A stretch of 64,000 bases of DNA, taken from NCBI GenBank assembly GCA_012295275.1, contig CM022672.1, positions 5,270,001 to 5,334,000 on the forward strand. The letters run 5' to 3'. Below the pieces are notes generated by a model. It did not search any database. It saw only the letters and a program-made list of their open reading frames with translations, and had not been told where the DNA came from. The DNA is from Chrysomallon squamiferum. Lineage: Eukaryota > Animalia > Mollusca. The translations under genes and the position numbers were made by a program. Of the stretch, positions 50,496 to 64,000 are shown one piece after another (the stretch's first letter is position 1; the number at the start of each line of letters is the position of its first letter).

Positions 50496-52400
50496 GCTGC
50501 TATTATTACTGCTATTGTTAATGTTACTTTTATTAATCAGCGATTATTGTTATCTCACATTAATTACGTAGTACACGGATAACCTCAAATCATAAACGTG
50601 CATGGGTATTTCTAAACATCATCATAAAACTGTCTAAACGAGAGATGTTACAGCTTACAACACTTTCCCCTAATTTCTACACGTGCTGAGACAAAAGCTT
50701 TAATCCTCAAAGAATTGTCTCGAGTGGCGAGAACTGCGCGCGATGACGAAGCTGCACGCGCGTCGCACGTTCGACCGCTAGGGTCGCACGAGGGTTTCGT
50801 TTCTGGCTGACAGCTGGCCTTCTTCTGTCGCCCCTGCAGGTAGCTCACCTCCTGGGGATGTTGTCGGCTTCATTTGTCACACCCAGCATCAAAGTACAGG
50901 CCTGTATGCCAAACACACCAGGACTAATTTCCAGCCTCGCCGGCCTATTAATTGCAATCCTTGGTGCGACAAAAGATCGCTTTGTAGATAACGGTTCCTG
51001 CAAATGCTACGACATCAAGAACGCTGCGGAGAATTGGTTTCTTCCAGACTAGGCTGACCTCTCGGTCTTCCGCTTCTGTCTTTTGTACCCGCATAACACA
51101 AAAACCCCATGATCTTGATGACATTTCCCTCCTTGTCCTTCTGCTGCGAAAAATGAAGAAAATGAAGTGGAGGGGGGAAGAAAAAATAAAACCAAAAAAG
51201 AGAGAAAAAAAAAAGTCATCATTATCATTATCATTCTTTTATGACGGATGCACTGTTGTTGTTTTTCTTACAACAATAACTCTCTTTCCAGTGTTCGCAA
51301 GCTCTTGCAACATCCAATAGTGTTTTTTTTTTTTTTTTTTTACCGTTTAAGAGTTTTTACAGTTGAGTCTTACAAGCACTTCAGACTGGACAATCGCTCT
51401 GACAGTAATAAATGATCTGAAATGAACGAACTCCGGGACTTGTTTGGACGTTCAATGGGTAGAAAAGAAATACTTGCTGGTTTTTATTTTTGCGCCTGGC
51501 ATAAAAGCTTGCCATGATAAAAATCTACAGACGTGTTCTGCAGCGGGGTTGGATAGCGCTTGGCTGAAGGCAGTAATCCGTTATATTGTTAAAATATTCC
51601 ATTATATTAAATAATGACAATAGAGTGATAGCCGCCAGGATTTATTAGACATTTGATCTTCCTTTTAACAGATGTTTGCAGTTTTAATGTCATTCTGTGT
51701 AAGTGACTCGAAATTGCCCCAAATGTTATTAATTTAAATTTTTCAATATCTGTCGATTAATGCAGCTTTTTGCAGCATTAAATTTCTTTATTGTTTTATT
51801 TTATTTTTATTAGGCGGGGACCTGGTTAGTAAACTCCACTCTGTGCTGTCTGATATTAAATAATGTTATGGATCTTTCGTGGGGTGATGATATTTTGTGT
51901 TTAGACTTAATACTGTATATGAGAATATTTTGTTTTAGAAGATTTCTCCCTTGAAAGTATTTTGACGATACAACAAAGATAATATAACTGAAACTTTATC
52001 CGACATTATTTAGCATTATAGAAATAAATACATTATAAATTTGATTTACTTAATGTTTAGCAAGTAATTTCATAATTACAGCAAATTTTTTTATAACAGA
52101 CTATAATAATATTATATTATATTATATTATATTATATTATATTTTAAAACGTTTCCTCATTTACTATCTCTTTAACACCAGGAATGCCCTTCTTGTAACT
52201 CACTTTGCTAAAACACATATATCTTCTTTTTTTTTTTTTAAATGGAATCCATTTTATACAGTTTATTATATTTTATTTTTAAATTTATTTTTATTTTTGC
52301 TTTCATTTTATTCTAGTTTATTTTTTATTTTATTTCTATTTTATTTTTATTTTTATTTTTATTTTTATTTTTATTTTTATTTTTATTTTTTTTTATTTTA

Positions 52401-52431
<31 letters not shown>

Positions 52432-53139
52432 TTTTTTTTTATTTTTATTTTTATTTTATTTTATTTCTATTTCTATTTTTATTCATTTTCATTTCTATTT
52501 TTAATTCATTTTCATTTACATTTTATTTTATTATTATTATTTTATTTATATTTACATTTACATTTACATTTAATTCTATTTTAATATTTCATCCCATTAT
52601 ACGTGTCTGCTATTGCGCAACGCACTTGTCAAAGTCGAGGCTTCCTTTTAAGTGTCATCAATATTTGATTAACGAAACACGTCGACCACGTGTGTGCCAG
52701 AGCAACGTCGGCTTCGTCCGATTCATTTAGCAGCGCTGCATACACCTGTCCATCGTCTGCTTCGCTTCCATAAACACTGCAGCGACGACGTCCACTTAAT
52801 CCACGCCGTCTTACAGCGACTCCAGCCATTAACGTAAAATCAGGAATGGAAGGAAGTTTTATTGGCCGTATAATCTGGCGAAATAAGGATTCTCGGCTCG
52901 CGCGGCCATCGACTTCTTTTGGCAAGATTTGTCGAGATCAGAGTTAAAATGCTTTATCCAAATTTGATTTGTTCAAAGACAGAGGAGATCTCTGAAACCG
53001 TTCTTTCTTCTCAACAAGGTTTCGTCGACAGACGATCAAGAGCTGAAGAAGACCATTATGCACAAGTAGCGCAATTTGCAGCCATCTCTGTGACTGACTA
53101 TTAACTTAACTCGCAGCGCTCGAATTACCAACATCATTC

Positions 53140-53296
<157 letters not shown>

Positions 53297-53674
53297 ATTT
53301 CTGATGGGATATAATGTGGAATTTTTAAAATCTTGTTTCAATTCATTATTTTTAAGTCGGATATGACAACAAAGTGAGAATATCGTTTATAATCAACAAA
53401 AAAAGGGGTGAAAATTTTAGAGATTAAAAACTAATTTAAATATATGACTTTAGTAGAAATTTAAAATCCTTCAAAAAATATAGTTTAAACCGTCAAATAC
53501 GTGTTATTTAAAGCTGGTAAATATCTGATGAATATTTCAAAGACAGACAGTTAAGATGTGTACAGATATTTGATATCTTTTTAAACAGTTTAGCAGAGAA
53601 TAAATGAAAATGTACTTGATATCTTGATTCAGCAATGAAATATTATTTATAGTAATAATGGATCTGAGTGCGTA

Positions 53675-53733
<59 letters not shown>

Positions 53734-53888
53734 CAACAACAACAACAATAATAAGTAAATAAATAAATTAATTAATAAATAAGAGATGTAATGTTGTTAA
53801 AGAAAATGCATGTAATTTAATGCTACTAGCGATAATCTTTCAGCTAAAGCCCGAAACACACGGTAAAGTTAGTGAAATGCTAGTGAGA

Positions 53889-53949
<61 letters not shown>

Positions 53950-55099
53950 TATCATCATTATTATTGTTCTTGTTGCTGTTGATGTTGTAATCATCATCAT
54001 CATCGTCAACAGAAATCCCATCACTCTTACAATCATATTCTGTTTATTAACATTCCTCCAAAGAATTGAAATGGCGAACAACCACAAGTCCAACCCGCTC
54101 GTGAACGAACGAGCTAAATAATTATACCACCAGAACCGTTGACGTGCGGTGATGACGTTGTAGATGACTGGCGCGCGCCACGCGACAGGTCACGTGCAAG
54201 GGTTTCGCGAAGGAGCCATTTATGAAATTGTAACCTGGGATTTTGATAATCATATGGCGTAAAGTAGCATGCATACGATACTTCCGAGGTTTATCGGGAA
54301 CAAATGGAAGGGAAATAATCGCATTAATTTTCCAATTCACACTTCATGACATTTGCATATTTCTCGGTTTTGCAGTTTTCTGGTTTGGAAAGAAGAATGT
54401 AGTCTTATTGTTTTATTTTTGTTTTCTATTTTGAAAAAAAAAAAAAGAAAGAAATGCAGACATATTATAATGAAAATACCATTGCTGATTTTTATTTCCA
54501 TTTTTCATTTATTTTTGTTTTCTCAGGTAGCATGCAAGGATTAGGGAGGTGGGGTTTCACTTTCTCTGTCTTTTTTTCTTCTTCTTCTTTTTTTCTTTTG
54601 ACATTCAAAACCATGTTTTATGTTCAAATTGATTATAATATATTATTCATAGATTCGATATTCGATTTTTAAAAAAAGAAGAAGAAATTCAACGTAAATG
54701 TCTCTCTGAGTTGAAATTCAGGCGACAGATACTAATTTTTAAAGCTGTTTATTGCTGGTTCTTGTTACTTACGGCGTACATCTGTAGTTAAAGTGAAAGC
54801 AACGTGGACTAAAATGGCAATTACATTTATTGCTGGCACCAGATGGTTGCATGGTGATTAGCTTTTTCTTTGTGCGTCTTCTGAATCGGCAATTCTTCAT
54901 CAACACTGGAACCGGCTAAAGAACATGTTCTCGGCTTTGTCTGCAGTCAGAATGAATGTAAAACGCAGCGATAGGATATTACAACACAGCAGTGCTGGTG
55001 GGAAATAAAGAAACAAAAAAGCAAAATAAAATAAAATAAAATAAAATAAAATTGTTAAATTATTTAATTAACTGATTAATTAATTTAATTTAATTTCTA

Positions 55100-55295
55100 A
55101 AAAATATAAGAAAATAAAATAAAATAAATAAAAAAATAAATAAATAAATAAATAAATAAAAATATAAATAAATAAATAAAATAAAATAAAATAAAATAAA
55201 ATAAAATAAAATAAAATAAAATAAATAAATAAAATAAAATAAATAGAATAAAATAAAATAAAATAAAATAAAATAAAATAAAATAAAATAAAATA
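55100..55295. repeat. (AAAAT)n/(AAAT)n tract
   Basis: Seen directly; boundaries approximate. Confidence 0.9.
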
Positions 55296-57757
55296 ACCTT
55301 CATGTAATAAATATTATTCAAGGAAAGACAAGATTTATAAGATGCATTCTTTATTATAACAACACATTACGTGTTCATGTACAGATTTAGGATTATGAGT
55401 TTTATTTATATGGGGGTTTTTTTTACTGTGAAGTACATACGTATATATATACATATATACGAATTCATATTTAGAATTGTAGATGAGCAGTCAGTTACAT
55501 ACAAACAGAAATACAATTCATGGCTAAATATTTTGAAGAGCCCTTAAACATAAATCAGAAAAGGCCAAAAGCAATAATAAATTGTTTTAGTTTCTCTGTT
55601 TTAGTATGACAGTTATTTCATAGCTGGTTTGCAGATTCCTGTTCACGAGAAGGTTTAAGAGTAGCAATTCCCTCTTATTACCTTTAAGTTTTAACCAGTT
55701 TTTGTCACTATCATCTTCTTTTCAAAACAGCAGTAAAATATTTACAAATTATTTCTTTGTATTTCAGTTTGTACAGAATTTATTTTCGTAGTAGTTTAGA
55801 ATATAGCATCTGTACAAGAAGATGCCAAAGCGTCGAGTTTTGTTTTAATATTTTTTAATTTTTTAATTTATTATTTTCTTCCATTCAGAAATAACAAACA
55901 AAAGCTCTGATACAGTATCGAGGAGTGTGTGTTTGTATTATGCTTATTCGATTTCATTTCATTATTAAACTAATTTTTCACAGCGAAATGGAAAATTCAA
56001 CGCAGACTAACACCGCCTTATTAAAAAAAAAAAAAATTTAAAAAAACTGTAGGAAGGCGGCCGGTGTGCCAGTCAGTCATTCTATCTTCCATGTCGATAC
56101 GGCGCTAATGGTTCTATCCAACTTTATCTAATTAGTAAACGTCTATGGTAAACACTGGCCATGTTCGGACTGCAGCGATTCTGCAGATATGAAATAAATG
56201 GTTAAATTGGATGTAACGTTCCAAGCAGCTGGCATACGGAACGTTCCGAGCCGGGCTACTGTTTCAACCGATTCCTCGTTTTGATACGCTGTCGGATGCT
56301 CCATGCGTACAAAGACCATCATTCTGCTGCTACGAAATGGATCTTTTTTCTTTTTTTTCTTTTTTTTTTAAAAATACTGAAACGTGCGCGTCCCACTACT
56401 TTCAGGTGACAAAGTACAATTTAATCATGCGTGTTTGGTTTGCCAATCAGCTATGAATAGACGAATCCTTTTACGGTAAAAAGTAAACAGAGCGGGGCCT
56501 GGTCGAATATCTAGATTTCTAGTTTACGTTCCTAATAATTGATGACAGAAAGCATGTGGATAATGGTTTTAATTTAGAAACGAAGAAGTCGGGTTAAAAA
56601 GGGTTACACTCTGTCATATTTTCTTCCTCTTCGTGTGTGTATTTTTTATTGTTTTTTTTTTTTATTTATTTTTTATTTTTTTTATTGCTTATGTAAACAA
56701 GGCGGAGTGGTGCCAACAAACAGTTTAATTGCGAGAGGCAAGTGATGGCGTAAAAACAAAATAAAAATAAAACGTGTTTATTTTGGTTTCAGTTTGGGCT
56801 TACTTAGCAGTGTTAAATAAAATGTGGGTTTTTTAATGCCAGTTTTGTTTACGTTGTAGGCCGAGCCAGACTTTCAATCTCTGGAGAGTAATTAGTAAAC
56901 TGTTTTCTACATTTTACACAGTCAGTAACTTGTCTATAATGTGAGAGAACCTCTTTTTTTTTTTTTTGTACATTTATATATTTATATATATATTTGTGTT
57001 AGAATTTGTGTATATGTTTCTGAGAATGTGTGTGTGTGTGAGTTAGGGAGAGAGAGCGTTTGGTGTGTATATATGAATATATACGACTTTGCAGGATTTT
57101 CTGTTTGTATGTTTGTGTGTGTATAACTGTTTGGCGTGTGGGTATATTTATTTTGTATATACAGATCTATATGTTTCATAGTTTCATTTGATTATAAAAA
57201 AAAAAAAAAATCATATCGAGGTTTTGCTGCAAAACTGATCAATAATAATGAATTATTCTATCTAAATATAACTTATTAACAACCTTTCACTATTTCATTT
57301 CCCTCCACCCTCCTGCACCCCCCCCCCGATCTAGGAAATCCATTTATACTTCAGCAAAGTAGTTATCATACTTCAGTTAAAGCATGGTCAGATTTACATC
57401 AGTATACGAGATAAATGAAGACGACATACTAGAACGATTCACTTCAAGACCTGTCCCACGTGTTTTGCATTTCTGCAGTAACAAAAGACTATCAAGTAAC
57501 TTGATTATTTTTGAAAGGAGATTGAAAAAATACGACGTGTTTGGCCGTGATCACATGACACCGTCCTTGAAAACGTTACAAGTAACAAGAACTCTTTTTG
57601 AAAAAAAAGATAGAAAAATACAAAATGTGTCTCAAGTCTTGAACAAGTTAGCGATCGAAAAAAAAAAAAAAAAAAAAAAAAAAAATGTTTCTGTATAAAG
57701 GATTTTTTAGGTGTGTTTTAAAAAAATAAATAAATAAATAAAAAGAATAGAAACTGT

Positions 57758-57796
<39 letters not shown>

Positions 57797-58214
57797 CTTG
57801 TGTGTATGTATATATGTATATATGAATATGTATGTATGTATGTACTTATTTATTTATTTATTATTTATTTATTGCAGTGAGAAATTATGCAAAATGTCTT
57901 ATTAGGGGTTTATTTTGTAACAAAATAACATAAATTTACAGATAAAAAAAAACAAAAAAAAAAAAAAACAAAAACCTGTATATTGTAATGGTAAAAACAT
58001 ATAAAATAAATTTAAAAATTAAATGAAACCAAAACCAAAAAAAAAATAAAATAAAATAAAATAAAATAAAATAAAATAAATATTAAAAATAATTTATTTT
58101 TCATATGATTTATAAAATCATTAACCGAATGAGAATTAATTATTGTTTCTTATAAAACACTTTAACATCATTAATTTGTATATACTTAGTATTGTATTTT
58201 AGATATGTATATAC

Positions 58215-58250
<36 letters not shown>

Positions 58251-59455
58251 GTGTTCATTATGCGTCACTGTTAAAAAACGATTCCGTGTCTGTTGTTAAA
58301 ATGCAACCTTTCCTTTGTTCAGTGTAAATCTTTATTACACTTGTTTGTTTTGTTATCAGTGTAGAATGTAGTTATAAACTCAAACCTTAATCCCGTCTCC
58401 GCTGGGTATTCGTTGTCATTTTTTTCTATAAATCCCGTTCTCATTGCAGCAATGGCTAATTATTTATTTATTAAGTCTCTCGTTAGAGAATGGACCGACT
58501 CGTCCATGCTTTTATTCAGACATACGCTAAATTGCCGCAGTATAAATGGACCGCGGTCTTAATAGCGTGAGTCTTATGCGAAAAAGCAATTAATTGTTAT
58601 TTCGCACATATGCATCATGCTGTTGTGATGTCTGAGTAATTGGATATTCTCTCTCTCTCTTTCTCTCTCTCTCGAAGCGCGCACGTTAAGCAAAGTATTG
58701 ACCAACTGTGAAATGCAGGGAAACCGGATACTTTTGTGTGTTTTACGATGGTTGTTGTGTTGCTGGTTGGTTGGGTATCTGTGTGAGTTGCTTGATGGTT
58801 GGTTGGTTCATTGTTTTGTGTGGATTTTTTTTTTTTTTTTGTTATTATTATTATTATTACTATTCTTTTTATTGTTTGCGGCTGGTAATGGTAGCTAGAT
58901 GTGGTTTTCATTGTTGTTCATTGGTTGTTGGATATGATTAGTTAATGGTTGAAATTGATCAATGTGTGTGGGGGGGTCCTCTTTTTTATTGCAAATAAAT
59001 AACAGACGTTTAAGTCACTGTGATCAAAGTACAAATATGACGATAATGATAAATTCTGTACTGACTCTGAATAGTTTACAGTATATCATTTTCATCTCTC
59101 TCTTCATTCACTGTGATTAAAACAAGATTCAAACAAAAACCTCACTGCACAGTGAGATAAACGAGGGACATTTTGATAAATGTTAGTAAAAGAACGAACT
59201 TCATTCTTCAAACCAAAAAAGACAAATGCGTAAATAATATATAGACTGAGAATAGCTCCTGTCACAAACAAAGAGAAACTGAGATTAATAATAAATACAC
59301 ATATTTCAAATTATTGAAAAGATTATAAATTTTGCTCACAGAGAAATTAATCAGTTGATGGGATTTATTTTAAATGTATTGTAGAAGCTATATGAATAAA
59401 TAATTTTAAAGATTTTATGTTTAATTTATATTTATTTTTTGTTAATATTATTATA

Positions 59456-59457
<2 letters not shown>

Positions 59458-59530
<73 letters not shown>
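59458..59530. repeat. (ATT)n microsatellite
   Basis: Seen directly. Confidence 0.95.
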
Positions 59531-61753
59531 TTAGCTTCAATTTACATAGAATAACACAGAATACGTTTTTTTAAAATATACGTATAAAAGGATAAATCAG
59601 TCTATTCCTAAAAACGTTTTGTATTAATGCAGGCAATATTTAAAAACTGAAATCAAATTGTTTCTTTATTTTTTTTTTTTTTTTTTTTTTTCAAATGATA
59701 TTTTCAGTGTGTTTTCCTTTGTCTAAATTTTTTGTTAAAATATATTAAAAATTATATTCAAATAATTTCGATATATATTTAAAGATTAAACAAATATTTT
59801 TAATACAAATACAAAACTGTTTTGCTTGGTTTTGGGTTTGTTATCTTTTTTAAATACTTCCGAGTGAAATGCTGCCATAATACAATTTCTGTTTAAATTA
59901 TATATTTTTTTTTATTTATTTATTTATTTATTTATTTTTCTTTGTTTATTTATTTATTTATTTATTTACATACTTAGCAGATAGTCTGTTATGTTTATTT
60001 TTACACTATTTATAATTACAGCGTAAGCGTTTTTTATTATTATTATTTATTATTATTATTATTATTATTATCATAGCTGTCCTCTCTCTCTTTCCTATAT
60101 TCTAAATAAGCAAGTAATTAAGGTAGATCAGACAATGCAAATAATGGATGAAGCTCGAACAACAACATCAGATAAAGTGCTTGTATTAAACTTTGATCGG
60201 CTGTTAGCCATAGAGCCGATAATCACGGTATCTCTTCACTTGCTTCAAGCCGGATTGGGAAGCGACCCTCTCGAGACCCATGCAAAGACTTCTCAATGAA
60301 CGTGCTATTGAATGGGTAAACCTTCACCTGATCTGATTAACCAATCACGTTCTAACCCCACAGGGCCGCTTACCGTAATGAGAACAAATCTTCATTCACT
60401 AGAAGGCTTTTTTTCCCACCGGTTGTACGTCTATTGCGCAGTCCTCTTGAGGATCTTGTAACCAATTTGAGGGTCTCAGGACGACAATAACTCCGTTTTC
60501 TTTGTTGTTACTGATGCTCTGTTAGGTCAGATTGATAACTTGTTTGGATATGGACGGTTTAAGCCGATGAAAGGAAGACACTGGTCGTTGATTCCGCTCG
60601 TACATCTAGCTTTTTGTCCTGAGGGTAATACAATTTGGTCTGATTTTGATCGAGTGTTCTTTAGTCTTAAGACCATTGCGAGCTTTTCGGCCGTAAGTAA
60701 TATTACAGAAAGGATTGGGAAGCATCAGCTTTTTGATGCTGCAGCGATTTCCTTGTCGACATTGCTTGATCTCTGCTAGTGTCTGCTCAGCACGGTGATT
60801 TCCTGATCCAATGACTGCACATCTGATCGTATTAAAACCACATTTTTGTGAACGATTTCATTTGAGGCAGTAGAAGTCTATTATACACTTCTACAAGACG
60901 AATTTTTTTTTTTTTTTTTTTTTTTTGACATTTTTACTTTGCTATTGTTATTAGTCCAGTACAGAAAAGTAAAGAACAACAGATGTATTTAAAAATTAAT
61001 AACAATAAATAAATAATTTTACGTGTTCTTTCATTTTAAATTTCACAACTGATTTCTTGTTCCAGCATTTTATTTATTCATCGCATTCTCTCTCGTTTGT
61101 TTCTGGTATTTTTTTTTTTTTTTTTTTTTTTTTGCTTTTCCTGCTGTAATCCTATTGTGGACCATTATTCCGACACAAACGGCATTGTCGTCGTTAACTT
61201 CAGTTTTAGAAAGACGAATGTCTGAAAGGCGTAGCAATGCAGAAGACCTCGCCAAGGTCAAACGTGGCTGTAGGCAGGTTTATGTTCGGCTGACGTCTCA
61301 ACCTTTTTCCCCGGACTCGTATCGAACTGTCTCTGCACAGGACAACGGACTCGGCAAACCAATCTATCAAATTACAAAAACGTCGAGCACCAGCGTTCTA
61401 CGCACCTGTTTTACCAAGTCCATTTGGCGTTCTGCGACTTTTATCTTGCGTGTTAAGAGCGAAAATTGTGCTGTAAATTCAGAGAAATTTTGATGGTCGA
61501 CGCTGGAAGGATTTAATTTAGCCTTATTTCCACAGCACGTGGTGGGGTCAGGGAAATCGTCCCATTTTCCACTCCATCAGCTATTGGGACTGATTAAATC
61601 ATTAATTCGGCTAATTCAAAGGTTTTCAATCCGTTACTTGGACTGCTCAATATGCTCGCTGGAACTGATAAATTACGTGGCATTAACAGCGTCAGACTGA
61701 AATTGCTAGTTTCGGAAATAGCCAATGAGGTCACTGTGGAGGATGAGAGCTGG

Positions 61754-61784
<31 letters not shown>

Positions 61785-61948
61785 CTTTCTTTCTTTCTTC
61801 TTCTGTCTTCTCTCCAACACCATCCAGCTTCAAAATAACAAAGACAAAGCTTTGCCTGAAGTCTGAAATGTGAATTTCTCAGTGTGTTTTGTTCTGTTTT
61901 TGTGGGGGATTTTTTTTCATGGTTTTGTATTTGTGTCTCTCTCTTCTT

Positions 61949-61983
<35 letters not shown>

Positions 61984-62136
61984 AGTCACTTGTTATAAAC
62001 TGAAGAATTTATTATTCAGCTATTATAATTGTAGAATCCTTAATAATATTTTATTATGTTTTCAAAATGTAAAGTTCAATGAAAATTACATAATGCATAA
62101 TTTTTCTTGAATATTAAAATTATTAAAATCTTAAAA

Positions 62137-62173
<37 letters not shown>

Positions 62174-62449
62174 TAAAGACAAACAGAGAATAACAGAATT
62201 TATTTCAACAAGATCTTTAGAAATACATTTACATTGTTTTCACCATTTTGTTTTCTTCCACTTTCATTACTACCACAGTAAAATCAAAATAAACAATTAC
62301 CGAGTTTCAGTGAAAGAAAAAATAGAAAGAAAGAAGTAAAACAATAAAACAAAGAAAAAAAGAAAAAACAGACAAAAATTAAGAAAGATAGAAAAAAATA
62401 AAAAAATGACGACAATAAAAAATATCGAAAATAAACGAAGTTAAATACG

Positions 62450-62481
<32 letters not shown>

Positions 62482-63230
62482 TGTATGTATAGAGACCTAA
62501 TTATATTTCCATTAACTGGAACAGAACCAGTACGTTTAGACCAGTTTGTCAGTAAAAATATGTATGTCAAGGTGTCTCAAAGCGATCGTTTCCGTGCGCG
62601 CCCCCTCTCGGGGAATCTACTTGAATACGTAGGACCTCCGCATCAATTAACCGCTTCATCGCGCTACGCCGACTGCACAGTCTTGAATAAAAGCGACCAC
62701 GGCTTCTCTAAATCACTCGCTCTCAAACGACTCATTTCTGCTACTTAACTCCCTCCCCTGAGGGAGACCATCCATCTATTGTATACGGCGAACAGACTAA
62801 AAGAAGAATTATATCTTAGTGGGGCCCTAGAGTTGTTATTACAACAATATTATGTGCGGTAATTTGTTGCCTGGCGAACGTGGCTAGGGCCCGAGAGACC
62901 GGTAACCAAATTGTCGTCTATTCCAGCTAGGCGAATTGGGGCCAATTTCCAACACGACTGGAAGATTTGATTGTGAAAAGACACCGTAAATTAACGAAAA
63001 TGCAACAGATTTCGGATGTTCTCGTTCACAGCGAAATGTACACAGAAAAACAGCGATTACTTTAAAGAAAGATAAAAAAAAAATAATAATAATAAAAAAA
63101 AAAACCTATGTGATTGTGTGTGTGTGTGTGCGTGCATGCGTGTGTGTGTGTGTGTTTATGCATGAACAAATTCCAAAACAAAACAAAACAAAAATCTATA
63201 AAACAAAAAAAAAAAAACTTTCATTTCTTT

Positions 63231-63263
<33 letters not shown>

Positions 63264-64000
63264 CTTTTTTCATCTGATTTTATTTACGTAAAATAACTAA
63301 TAATAATAATACCAAAATGTGTTTGTCATAATTCATCCAGCAAACACATAATATTTATTTACTAAAACCATTTTCACAGCACCGTCCCATTTAAAATCAA
63401 TTACATAATGACGCCGTGGATTTAATATAGTAAATAGCTTTTATTAGTTGTCAATTTCACTACATTCAGTAATGGATGTCGGTAATGAAGCGAGGGTGAA
63501 ATTAATTCGTTCATCTGCCAGGTACGGAACATTTAAAGCCATACGCCATCATCCATGTACAATGGCGACTTCCAGATGAAAATGCAATACAATTTAGCGA
63601 GTGGCATTCATTAGAATATAGTCTTTTATGTTCTCATTATCTGATGGGTTTTCGCGCGCCGGCTATTTCGTATGATGTGATTTCGCTACAAACCCGGCGA
63701 TATAACTCGGCATAGAAGCTTTGTTCTCTGTTTGATGGGAAATAATTGTCGTGTATTGTTACCGGACAGAGGTTTATTTTAAATTATCGATATTAGCTGC
63801 ACTGACAATGCCACGGTTTAAAGCGACAATAAAGGGTATATTTACCATGTCCGTGGTGTTTCCCGCGCCAAGCAGCTAGTCTTAAGAAGGATGTGAAAGT
63901 TTGTGAAAATAATAAACCAGTTTATTAACAAGAATCGTACGATTAATATGCACGTTTCACACTAATTAAATATGTCGACAGCGATTTCATTTCTCCTGTT

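Noticed and set aside
60700-60870. Minus-strand coiled-coil-like peptide (possible LINE ORF1 remnant)
   Set aside because: Short, interrupted by stops, and no RT, endonuclease or other TE hallmark nearby.

Overview
AT-rich, microsatellite-dense animal genomic DNA. The protein sequence looks protostome-like, possibly lophotrochozoan or molluscan (inference). The only gene I can securely identify is the 5' half of a COE/EBF (Collier/Olf/EBF, unc-3) transcription factor on the + strand. It has six coding exons: 39722-39858, 40250-40403, 41279-41342, 43522-43577, 47911-47984 and 48761-48829. All have GT-AG introns and splice in frame into 184 codons plus 2 nt, covering most of the DNA-binding domain including the HxxxCxxCxxxxxC zinc knuckle. 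The ORF track misses exons 2-6. Intron 6 runs off the window (>15 kb); I did not find exon 7 by eye. The 39 kb upstream and the introns show a regular pattern of 0.2-1 kb complex, CpG-containing islands separated by simple-repeat tracts, which resembles the regulatory landscape of a developmental gene. Almost all other listed ORFs are microsatellite artefacts. I found no CRISPR array, RNA gene, intact transposon, or convincing novel multi-gene system. The best leads are regulatory and are hypotheses: COE autoregulatory sites in the promoter, RFX X-boxes in the introns, an overlapping uORF, a CTCF+YY1 element, a two-variant minisatellite and a possible spliced transcript at the left edge.
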